Shown piece after piece: positions 8,184 to 16,260 of a stretch of 64,000 nt of DNA. The translations under genes were made by a program, and so were the position numbers. The stretch is from a virus. Lineage: Duplodnaviria > Caudoviricetes. Below the pieces are notes generated by a model. It had not been told where the DNA came from. It saw only the letters and a list, made by a program, of their open reading frames with translations, and made no database searches. The stretch covers positions 32,001-96,000 of IMG/VR virus record IMGVR_UViG_2828164553_000001; one strand, written 5' to 3'. Numbering within the stretch: position 1 is the first letter of the stretch; each line of letters starts with the position of its first letter.

Positions 8184-9801
8184 GTCTCAGTTCGTCGCCA
8201 AAGAGCCGTGCCCGAAGTGTGGTAGTCGCGACAACCTCGCGCGCTACGACGACGGGCACGGCTTCTGCTTCGGGTGCTCCCACTATGAGCCGGCAGATGG
8301 TGACGCCACACGCACGCAATCAAGGCCCCGCATGTCCGACGACTTTGCTCAGGGCGAAGCATCCGCCCTGGCCGCTCGCGGTCTGCAGGAAGAAACCTGT
8401 CGCAAGTTCTCCTATTGGGTAGGAAAGAACAAAGACGGCAAAACCTGCCAGATCGCCAACTACCGCCGCGACGGTCGCACCGTCGCTCAAAAACTCCGAT
8501 TCAAAGATAAGAAGTTCGCCTTCCTAGGCGACACCAAGGAAGCAGGACTGTTCGGCCAGCACCTCTGGCAACCCACGCGGCGATTAGTCATCACCGAAGG
8601 TGAAATCGACTGCCTTAGCGTGGCGCAAGTTCTCGGCCTGAAGTGGCCCGTAGTGTCAGTCCCGAACGGTGCGCAGGGCGCAGCCAAGGCCATCAAGCGT
8701 GAACTGGAGTGGGTCGAAAAGTTCGACGAAGTGGTCATCATGTTCGACATGGATGAGCCAGGCCAGACAGCCGCTCAGGAGGTCGCTGAAATCCTTTCGC
8801 CGGGCAAGGCACGCATCGCGCAGCTGCCGCTGAAAGATCCCAACGCGATGCTCCAAGCGGGCAACGGCGAAGCCATCGTCTCGTGCATCTACGAAGCTCA
8901 GACAGTTCGTCCAGACGGCATCGTGACCTTCGGCTCAGTACGCGAAAAAGCGCTGGCGCCAGTGGTCGTAGGGATGCCTTGGCCGTGGCCTGACCTGACC
9001 AACTACACGCTTGGACGACGCTACGGCGAAATCTATGGCCTGGGCGCAGGCACGGGCATGGGCAAGTCCGATGTGTTCGACGAAATCATCGTGTTCACGG
9101 CGACCACCTGCAACGAGAAGTGCGGCGTCCTCAAGCTGGAACAGCCACCTGCGGAAACCGCAAAGCGCCTGGCTGGCAAGTACGCATCCCGCCGCTTCCA
9201 TGTGCCCGACGCAGGCTGGACACAACAGGAGTTAGAAGACGCGTTCGACATCCTGGACAGCACCGGCAACGTCGTTCTTTACGACCACTTCGGCACCACC
9301 GACTGGGATGTCATCGCCTCCAAGATGCGGCACATGGCAGTTGCAGATGGCGTCAAACATATCTTCCTAGACCATCTGACGGCGCTCGCGGCCGACGCTG
9401 AGGACGAGAAGAAAGTGTTGGAACAGGTGATGGCTGCACTCGCCAAGTTGGCGATGGAGCTGAGCGTCTGCATCTACTTCATCTCGCACCTTACGACTCC
9501 CGAGAAGGGATCGCCCCACGAGGAAGGCGGGCGCGTGACCATCCGCCAGTTCAAGGGCAGTCGCGCTATTGGCTTCTGGTCGCACTTCATGTTCGGTCTG
9601 GAGCGCGATCAACAGGCGGCAGACATCTCCGTTCGCACCACAACGACTCTCCGCGTGCTCAAGGACCGCTACACCGGTCAAGCCGCGGGCAAGTGCATCT
9701 ACCTCCGCTACGACGAGCAAACCGGGCGACTCGTGCCATGCGCAGATCCCTACGCGGACAGCGGTGACGAGAGCTACGACGAAACACCGGGCGGCTATTG
9801 A
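8167..9801 (+). CDS. T7 gp4-like DNA primase/helicase
   Basis: Cys4 zinc finger, TOPRIM motifs EGEIDCLS and FDMD, Walker A GTGMGKS, FLDHL, LKDRYTG. Confidence 0.96.
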   Translation: MSADAESQFVAKEPCPKCGSRDNLARYDDGHGFCFGCSHYEPADGDATRTQSRPRMSDDFAQGEASALAARGLQEETCRKFSYWVGKNKDGKTCQIANYRRDGRTVAQKLRFKDKKFAFLGDTKEAGLFGQHLWQPTRRLVITEGEIDCLSVAQVLGLKWPVVSVPNGAQGAAKAIKRELEWVEKFDEVVIMFDMDEPGQTAAQEVAEILSPGKARIAQLPLKDPNAMLQAGNGEAIVSCIYEAQTVRPDGIVTFGSVREKALAPVVVGMPWPWPDLTNYTLGRRYGEIYGLGAGTGMGKSDVFDEIIVFTATTCNEKCGVLKLEQPPAETAKRLAGKYASRRFHVPDAGWTQQELEDAFDILDSTGNVVLYDHFGTTDWDVIASKMRHMAVADGVKHIFLDHLTALAADAEDEKKVLEQVMAALAKLAMELSVCIYFISHLTTPEKGSPHEEGGRVTIRQFKGSRAIGFWSHFMFGLERDQQAADISVRTTTTLRVLKDRYTGQAAGKCIYLRYDEQTGRLVPCADPYADSGDESYDETPGGY

Positions 9802-9833
9802 GCCGCATCCCATCTCATCCAAGGAACAACCGC

Positions 9834-10079
9834 ATGACCCTCAAGACCACACTGCTGGCAATCCACGCCTTCCTAACTCCGGCCCCGAGCGTTGACGCCA
9901 TCTGCGCTGACCTGGATCGCACCCTGGGCAAACTGGACGCAGCCGAAGGAAAGCTGCGCGACCGCGCTGCAATCGCCGAAGCAAAGGCTGCCAAGTTGGT
10001 ACAGGAAGCCGTCGGCCACCGCTCGCGCGCCTTGCGTGCCGGTCGGGTCGCCAGTCGTATCAAGGCCATCATCGAATGA
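9834..10079 (+). CDS. Phage hypothetical coiled-coil protein
   Basis: AAGGA RBS before ATG 9834; ATGA coupling. Confidence 0.65.
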   Translation: MTLKTTLLAIHAFLTPAPSVDAICADLDRTLGKLDAAEGKLRDRAAIAEAKAAKLVQEAVGHRSRALRAGRVASRIKAIIE

Positions 10080-10696
10080 GCTACGGCGCCTACATCAAGG
10101 GCATCTTTCTGGACATGCCGGCCGCCGCACGCATCGTCTCCATCCTCGGTGGCGGCGCCCTGCGCTCGTTCTATGACGGCACTGCCGCCAAAGACTACGA
10201 CTTGTTCTTCCGTTCCTATCAGGACTACCTCGTTGCCTTCGCTGCGTTCGCGGACCAGGGCAACCGGTACAGGGAGCTGGCAGCGCCCAACGGCACCTCT
10301 CAGTTCCACGACCTGAGCACCGGCCGTCTCTTCAACTTGGTCGGCTTCCACTTCGACACGCCGCACGGCCATCGGGATGCATTCGATTTCCGCTGTTGCA
10401 TGTTCGTGGCGTGGCTGGAATTCAACCTTCCGACCACATCAGCGCACCCCGATGCTCCTGCAGACGCCGCGGCGAAGCGTCTCGTTGTGATGAACAACAA
10501 CGGCGACGAACGTACTTATGCTCGGATGCACCGCTACCGGGACTACGGCTACCGCCTCGACTTGGGTCTTGGTGAGGAACTCATCAAGCAGCCGGGTGAC
10601 GTTCCCCTGCCAAGTTTCGAGCGCGTCAAGCAGATCCTCAAAAGCTACCCCAAGGCAGCACGAGGAGTAGGCTCCGATGGCCTGGCTCGTCTTTGA
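10076..10696 (+). CDS. Nucleotidyltransferase (PolyA/CCA-head-like)
   Basis: GGGALR...KDYDLFF and FDF motifs. Confidence 0.7.
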   Translation: MSYGAYIKGIFLDMPAAARIVSILGGGALRSFYDGTAAKDYDLFFRSYQDYLVAFAAFADQGNRYRELAAPNGTSQFHDLSTGRLFNLVGFHFDTPHGHRDAFDFRCCMFVAWLEFNLPTTSAHPDAPADAAAKRLVVMNNNGDERTYARMHRYRDYGYRLDLGLGEELIKQPGDVPLPSFERVKQILKSYPKAARGVGSDGLARL

Positions 10697-12590
10697 CATT
10701 GAGACCAACGGCCTACTCGACGAACTGACCACTATTCACTGCATCTCCCTCCAGGAAGTAACTCCGGAGGGAGTACCTGTGAGTGCTGTGCTCTCAGCCA
10801 ACCGCGTGAATGGGGAGCTGACCATCGAGCAGGCCTTGGAAATGCTTCAGGGCGCGGATGCCGTGGTCGGCCACAACATCGTCAACTTCGACGTGCCTAC
10901 CATCCGCAAGCTGTACCCGAAGTTCAAGATCAAGCGCGCACTGGACACGATGTTGCTGTCCACACTTCTTTGGCCTGACCTCCGCGACCGCGACTTCAAC
11001 TTCGCCAAGAAGAACCCCGGCAAGTTGCCAGGCCAGTTCATCGGCCGGCATTCGCTGGAGTCTTGGGGCTACCGCTTGGGCGAATGGAAGGGCGACTACT
11101 CCGCCGTGATGAAGGCCAAGGGCCTCGACCCGTGGGCTGAGTGGAATCAGGAGATGGACGACTACTGCGACCAGGACGTACGCGTCACGCAGAAGCTCTT
11201 CGCCCTCCAGATGACCAAGGGCCTGTCGCAAGAAGCGATTGACCTGGAGCACGGCATCGCACCCATCCTCCAGCGTCAAACCGCCTATGGCTTCCTGTTC
11301 GATCAGAAGAAGGCCGACAAGTTGCAACGCGAATTCATGGTCACAAAGGCCAGGCTCACAGACGAGCTGACCCGTGTGTTTCAGCCCTGGCGCGAGAGCC
11401 TCGGCATGTTCGTCCCGAAGGTCAACAACGCCAAGCTCGGCTACGTCAAAGGGGTACCACACGAGAAGTTTAAGTCCTACGTCTTCAATGCCGGCTCTCG
11501 CGATCACATCGCAAAGCGCCTGAAGGCCCTGCACGGGTGGAAGCCCGCTGTGTTCACGCCGGAGGGTCGCCCAAAGATCGACGAAGAGACCCTTGCGCAC
11601 CTCAAGTACCCCGAAATTCCCATGCTGTTGCGCTACCTGACTGTGGCGAAGCGCGCCGGGCAACTTTCCGAACCTCCGCCGAAGCTCAAGAAGGACGGCA
11701 CCCCAAGCAAGTCGAAGAAGAAATCCGAAGCCTGGATCACTCAGGTTAAGAAGGATGGACGCATCCACGGGCGGGTGAATCAGAACGCAGCGGTCACCGG
11801 GCGCATGACGCACTCGGGACCGAACATGGCACAGGTCCCCAAGGTCCAGAAGTGCAACGAGGGGATTCTCTTCGGCGAGGCAGGTGGCTGGGGCTATGAG
11901 TGCCGCGAGCTGTTCACCGTGCCCAAGGGCAAGAAGCTGGTGGGCGCCGACGCCTCGGGCCTGGAGCTGCGCTGCCTGGCGCACTTCATGGCCGCCTTCG
12001 ACGGCGGCGCCTACGCGACCGTACTGCTGGAAGGCGACATCCACGCCGAGAACCAGAACGCAGCCGGCCTGCCGTCGCGCGACAACGCGAAGACCTTCAT
12101 CTACGCCTTCCTCTATGGGGCCGGCGACGAGAAGATCGGGTCGATCATCGGGAAGGGCCGCAAACACGGCAAGGCGCTTAAGGAGAAGTTCCTCCAGGGT
12201 CTTCCAGCGCTCGCCAAACTGGTCAATGGCGTCAAGAAGCGCGCCAAGGCGAAGGGCTATCTCATCGGCCTGGACGGTCGGAAGCTGCACATCCGCAGCG
12301 ACCACGCTGCACTCAACACGCTCCTGCAGTCCGCAGGCGCGCTGGTCATGAAGAAGGGACTGCACATCCTGGACGTGCGCCTGCAGGAAGCCGGCCTTGC
12401 GCCGGGAGTGAACTACGAGTTCGTCGGCAACATCCACGACGAGTGGCAGATCGAGGTGGACGAGAAACATGCCGAGTTCGTCGGACGGTCAGCGGTCGCT
12501 TCGATCCGTGCGGCAGGCGATTACTTCGGCTTTCGCTGCCCACTCGATGGCGAATACAAGATCGGCAACAACTGGGCTGAAACCCACTGA
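10677..12590 (+). CDS. T7 gp5-like family A DNA polymerase
   Basis: Exonuclease motifs FDIET, GHNIVNFD, YCDQDV; polymerase motifs DASGLELR, KTFIYAFLYG, HDE. Confidence 0.97.
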   Translation: MAWLVFDIETNGLLDELTTIHCISLQEVTPEGVPVSAVLSANRVNGELTIEQALEMLQGADAVVGHNIVNFDVPTIRKLYPKFKIKRALDTMLLSTLLWPDLRDRDFNFAKKNPGKLPGQFIGRHSLESWGYRLGEWKGDYSAVMKAKGLDPWAEWNQEMDDYCDQDVRVTQKLFALQMTKGLSQEAIDLEHGIAPILQRQTAYGFLFDQKKADKLQREFMVTKARLTDELTRVFQPWRESLGMFVPKVNNAKLGYVKGVPHEKFKSYVFNAGSRDHIAKRLKALHGWKPAVFTPEGRPKIDEETLAHLKYPEIPMLLRYLTVAKRAGQLSEPPPKLKKDGTPSKSKKKSEAWITQVKKDGRIHGRVNQNAAVTGRMTHSGPNMAQVPKVQKCNEGILFGEAGGWGYECRELFTVPKGKKLVGADASGLELRCLAHFMAAFDGGAYATVLLEGDIHAENQNAAGLPSRDNAKTFIYAFLYGAGDEKIGSIIGKGRKHGKALKEKFLQGLPALAKLVNGVKKRAKAKGYLIGLDGRKLHIRSDHAALNTLLQSAGALVMKKGLHILDVRLQEAGLAPGVNYEFVGNIHDEWQIEVDEKHAEFVGRSAVASIRAAGDYFGFRCPLDGEYKIGNNWAETH

Positions 12591-12619
12591 CCAAAGCACG
12601 CACCTCCGATCCGGCAGGT

Positions 12620-12913
12620 GTGCTCCTTCGCAGCGCCCGTAGGCGGGCACAGAAGCGCGGCCTCCCGTTCGACCTGGAAAGGGACGACATACGGATTCCG
12701 AGCTTCTGTCCCGCCCTGGGCATTCCGCTGTTCCGCTCTGTCGGACTGAAGGCGCAGGGGCCGAACTCCCCAACCTTGGATCGCATAACGCCCGAGCTGG
12801 GCTATGTGCGCGGCAACGTCCGCGTCATCTCCAGCCGCGCCAACCAAATCAAATCAGACGCCACCCCAGCAGAGCTGCTGCAGGTGGCCTGTTTCTATCA
12901 GGAGCATCAATGA
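12620..12913 (+). CDS. HNH-type endonuclease
   Basis: CP...PTLDRI...GYVRGNVRVIS..AN..K pattern; start uncertain. Confidence 0.75.
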   Translation: MLLRSARRRAQKRGLPFDLERDDIRIPSFCPALGIPLFRSVGLKAQGPNSPTLDRITPELGYVRGNVRVISSRANQIKSDATPAELLQVACFYQEHQ

Positions 12914-13248
12914 GCACCGACAAAAATCGCGAGTTCTGGTTGTCCTCCATCCAGTCCCTGGAGAACGACCTGGCGCAGGCGCGCGACCGCCTTGCCGAGT
13001 ACGACCAGGCGCCTGAGCGGTTCCAGTTCGATACCGTGGAAGACGCTTCTGGCGTACTGGGCGATGTCCTGTGGTCCCGCGCTCACGCGGACTGCGAAGG
13101 TTCGTACAACTGCGGCGACGATGAGTACCGTCAGGAGTGCTACGTGCAGGGCGTCAAGCACGTCGCCATCTTCACGGCCGACTACAACCGTCACGACAAG
13201 ACCTACTACTACATCGACTTCTGGAATTGCCGGGTCGAAGTGGTGTGA
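12910..13248 (+). CDS. Phage hypothetical protein
   Basis: AGGAG RBS; ATGA and GTGA coupling. Confidence 0.7.
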   Translation: MSTDKNREFWLSSIQSLENDLAQARDRLAEYDQAPERFQFDTVEDASGVLGDVLWSRAHADCEGSYNCGDDEYRQECYVQGVKHVAIFTADYNRHDKTYYYIDFWNCRVEVV

Positions 13249-13625
13249 CCCCCAAGCAAATCCTCCAGACCTTCGCCGCATTGGTTGTCCTCGCCGCACT
13301 CGGCGCGGGCGGCTATGCCGCCTGGTCCTATCGCTCCATGGCGGAGCGCGTCACATCGCTTGAAGCAACGGCGCGTGACTACGAAGACCTCAAGAAATCC
13401 GTGGCGACCCTCCAGCAGGAGGCCGTTCGCCGTGCCTCTTTCGACAAAGCAATCCGGGACTTGCGCGCCGAGCGCAACCGTTCCGTGGAGACCGCCGCAA
13501 ATGAAAACCCTGTTGTTGCTGGCTACCTGCACCAGCGCATTCCTGACGAGCTGCGCAACGCGCACTTCGCTGATCGAACAGTACCTTCAGCCGTGTCAGG
13601 TCGAGGGCAAGCACAGCTCCCTTGA
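13245..13625 (+). CDS. Rz: Rz-like inner-membrane spanin
   Basis: N-terminal TM helix plus coiled coil; overlapped by a lipoprotein in another frame. Confidence 0.75.
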   Translation: MTPKQILQTFAALVVLAALGAGGYAAWSYRSMAERVTSLEATARDYEDLKKSVATLQQEAVRRASFDKAIRDLRAERNRSVETAANENPVVAGYLHQRIPDELRNAHFADRTVPSAVSGRGQAQLP

Positions 13626-13755
13626 CGCGGTGATGGCCGACCCGGCTTCCGAGACATACGACCTCTACCACTTCGGCGGCAACGCCCAGGACGCCCTTGC
13701 GCGCTGCAACGCCGACAAGGAATCCATCAAGCGCCTTCAGGAGGGCAAGCGATGA
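13501..13755 (+). CDS. Rz1: Rz1-like outer-membrane lipoprotein spanin
   Basis: Lipobox LTSC, LQPC, C-terminal ALARCNADKESI; GGAG RBS. Confidence 0.78.
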   Translation: MKTLLLLATCTSAFLTSCATRTSLIEQYLQPCQVEGKHSSLDAVMADPASETYDLYHFGGNAQDALARCNADKESIKRLQEGKR

Positions 13756-13967
13756 GCCTCACCCCAATGCCGCGCTGGTCGAAGGACACCGAAGTGTTCG
13801 TCCGGCCGTCACATTTCCACGCCGGTCCCGGTGTCGTCGAAATCCACACGCGCTACAAGGACCTCAACAACGTCCAGCACGCACCCGTCGAGCACATCGC
13901 CGAGGCGACGGAGGCTGCGCTGCGCGAGCTGGCCTATGAAGTAGGGCGCCGGGCGGTGTTCGCATGA
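13752..13967 (+). CDS. Phage hypothetical protein
   Basis: ATGA coupling at both ends. Confidence 0.6.
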   Translation: MSLTPMPRWSKDTEVFVRPSHFHAGPGVVEIHTRYKDLNNVQHAPVEHIAEATEAALRELAYEVGRRAVFA

Positions 13968-14290
13968 AGCGCCTACTGATACTCGCCGTTCTCGCCCTCA
14001 CGCTGGCCGGCTGCGACACCGACTTCCGCCCGCGCGAACCACGGGCCGATTACGGCTCGTGCCTGAGCGGCCACAACGAGACCAGCACGATGCTCACTGG
14101 CGGCGGCGTGGGTGCCTACATGGGTGGCGTCCCGCTGGGGAGCGGTATGCACATGGTCACCACGACGAGCTACGTCTGCGACAGGCATGAGTACCCCAAT
14201 GGCGACAGCCCGTCCTACTTTGCGGCCTACGACCAATACCTCGTGGACCTGGCGGCGTGGTACAAGCGGCACCCCGAGAAAGCACCTTGA
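13964..14290 (+). CDS. Putative lipoprotein
   Basis: MKRLLILAVLALTLAGC lipobox. Confidence 0.7.
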   Translation: MKRLLILAVLALTLAGCDTDFRPREPRADYGSCLSGHNETSTMLTGGGVGAYMGGVPLGSGMHMVTTTSYVCDRHEYPNGDSPSYFAAYDQYLVDLAAWYKRHPEKAP

Positions 14291-15099
14291 AGAAGCGCCA
14301 GCGACCCGTCCTGCTGATCGACGCGGACGTGCTGCGGTACTACATGGCCTTCAAGAACACCAAGTGCATCGACTGGGATGGCGACGGCGACACCATGGAG
14401 GTGTATCAGCCGGAAAAGGCCAAGGTCGAGGTGGCGGAGTACATCGCGGAGCTGGTCGAGAAGTTCGACGCCGCCGACTTTGTGCTCCCTCTGTCCTGCC
14501 CGGAGCACAACTTCCGAAAGGACTTGGAGCCGACGTACAAGCAGGCACGTCACGAGAAGCCGAAGCCTGCGCTGTGGTACGCCCTGGACGAATTCATCCA
14601 CGCGGAGTACGCCGACAAGATCATCAAGCGGCACTCGCTAGAAGGCGACGACATCCTCGGAACACTAGCCACGCATCCAGAACCTAGGCGGTGCCCTGGG
14701 CCGCGCATCGTTGTGTCTATTGACAAGGATCTTCAGACGATCCCCTGCCGGCTATACAACCCCAACAAGTCGGACCTCGGCGTGCGGACCATCGACCGCT
14801 ACGACGCAGACCTGTTCTGGATGAAGCAAGCCCTGATGGGCGACACCACTGACAACTACACCGGGTGCCCCGGCATCGGCGCCAAGCGCGCTGACGACGC
14901 CCTGATGCCCGTCCACGAAGCGTACCGCGACAGCTCCCCCGAGGGGCACTTAGCGGCCCTTTGGAAGGCCGTGGTGGATGTCTACGAGAAGAAGGGACTG
15001 ACGGCGAATGACGCCCTCATCCAAGCACGTCTGGCGCGAATCCTCCGCCACGGCGACCTCAACTACAAAACGAACAAGGTGAATCTTTGGAAACCGTAA
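14287..15099 (+). CDS. T7 gp6-like 5'-3' exonuclease
   Basis: LIDAD, YK..R, EGDD, SIDKDL, GDTTDNY.GCPGIG motifs. Confidence 0.93.
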   Translation: MKKRQRPVLLIDADVLRYYMAFKNTKCIDWDGDGDTMEVYQPEKAKVEVAEYIAELVEKFDAADFVLPLSCPEHNFRKDLEPTYKQARHEKPKPALWYALDEFIHAEYADKIIKRHSLEGDDILGTLATHPEPRRCPGPRIVVSIDKDLQTIPCRLYNPNKSDLGVRTIDRYDADLFWMKQALMGDTTDNYTGCPGIGAKRADDALMPVHEAYRDSSPEGHLAALWKAVVDVYEKKGLTANDALIQARLARILRHGDLNYKTNKVNLWKP

Positions 15100-15272
15100 T
15101 GCTATTTCTGACCATCGTCGCGTGGTTCGGCGTGGCCTACTTCACGCTGGGCTGGACTGTGTTTTGGGCCTTCGTCGCTCTTGGCCTCGGGCGGCAGGTG
15201 AAGGTAAAGCTGTTCAACATCCTCGCACCCGCCATGTGCTGGTGCTGGCTGATTGCTGGATGGGTTTCTTGA
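15099..15272 (+). CDS. Small membrane protein
   Basis: TAATG overlap; two hydrophobic segments. Confidence 0.55.
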   Translation: MLFLTIVAWFGVAYFTLGWTVFWAFVALGLGRQVKVKLFNILAPAMCWCWLIAGWVS

Positions 15273-15304
15273 ACCAGATGCCTCTGTTCCCGGCAGGTGG
15301 TCCG

Positions 15305-15838
15305 ATGAAGATCGTCGGCATCTCCGGCAAGGCTGGCTCTGGCAAGGACACCCTCGCCGGTTTTCTTGTCGAGCATCAAGGCTTCGTCCGTATCGCGCTA
15401 GCCGAACCATTGCGCCGCTTTGTGTCGGACATCACCGGCCTGAGCATGGAGGACCTGACCGCAGGCCCCCTGAAAGAAGCACCGCTCGACTGGCTGGGTG
15501 GTACTTCCCCCCGCCGCCTCATGCAGACCATCGGCACCGAATGGGGTCGAGACATGATCGACGAGAGCCTTTGGCTCAAAGTCGCCGCCCGCCGCGTTGA
15601 GGAGGCCCGTGCTTTCGGTGCTGCTGGTGTCGTCATTCCTGACGTACGTTTCGAGAATGAAGCGATGCTGGTGCGAGAACTGGGCGGCAGCGTGGTCGTC
15701 GTGGATCGACCGGGCGTCGCCTCAGTCGCAGACCATGCAAGTGAACGCCCCCTGCCCTCCGGGCTGGTGGACCACACCGTGGTCAATAGCGGGACGCTGG
15801 CGCAGCTTCGAGCGGCTGCGCAGGAATTGGCGAATTAG
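15305..15838 (+). CDS. Deoxynucleoside monophosphate kinase
   Basis: GKAGSGKDT P-loop, PRRLMQTIGTEWGR, DVRFENE, HASE. Confidence 0.88.
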   Translation: MKIVGISGKAGSGKDTLAGFLVEHQGFVRIALAEPLRRFVSDITGLSMEDLTAGPLKEAPLDWLGGTSPRRLMQTIGTEWGRDMIDESLWLKVAARRVEEARAFGAAGVVIPDVRFENEAMLVRELGGSVVVVDRPGVASVADHASERPLPSGLVDHTVVNSGTLAQLRAAAQELAN

Positions 15839-15881
15839 TCGGGCCTCTAGAGGGAAAACCCACGGTTTTCCCCTTTCTAGA
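15833..15881 (+). promoter_or_regulatory. Putative late phage-RNAP promoter with T7 phi10-like 5' hairpin
   Basis: AATTAGTCGGGCCTCTA|G followed by GAGGGAAAACC-CAC-GGTTTTCCCCTTTCTAGA, ahead of the virion module. Confidence 0.75.
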
Positions 15882-15907
15882 TCCACTCTAAGTTCACCTC
15901 AAGAATC

Positions 15908-16093
15908 ATGAACATTCCCCTGACCGCCGGTGAGCTGATCGACGAGCTGGCGCGCATCTACCCCGAGGTCATTTATGACCCTGATCAGGACCGAGAGGAG
16001 TTTCTCCTCAAGTCCGGTGAGCGTCGCCTGGTGCTTCGACTTCTGGTCGCTCGCGAGCAGGAACGCGAAGAGTCCCGAGGAGGCCACCACTAA
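15908..16093 (+). CDS. T7 gp6.5-like small protein
   Basis: Genomic position and ELIDELARIYPE...GERRLV pattern. Confidence 0.6.
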   Translation: MNIPLTAGELIDELARIYPEVIYDPDQDREEFLLKSGERRLVLRLLVAREQEREESRGGHH

Positions 16094-16260
16094 TGTGCAG
16101 CTCCAAACCCAAGACTCCGAAGACGGAAACACCGGACATTCTGGTCACCGCACGTGATGGCTCCGGCCAGTCTCAATCAGCCCAGGCCAGAAAGAAGTCT
16201 GGTCTGCGCACCGACATGAACTCGCCGCTCTACCAAGGATTGACCATTCCGCGTGGCTGA
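16093..16260 (+). CDS. T7 gp6.7/7.3-like small virion protein
   Basis: GGAGG RBS; MCSSKPKTPK...GLTIP; directly before the portal gene. Confidence 0.65.
   Translation: MCSSKPKTPKTETPDILVTARDGSGQSQSAQARKKSGLRTDMNSPLYQGLTIPRG

Noticed and set aside
10794-12470. Long antisense ORFs (558 aa here; also 3369..4265, 18733..19764, 22318..23442, 54284..55762, 56441..57499, 60715..61932)
   Set aside because: Shadow frames of well-supported genes, as expected from high-GC codon bias.
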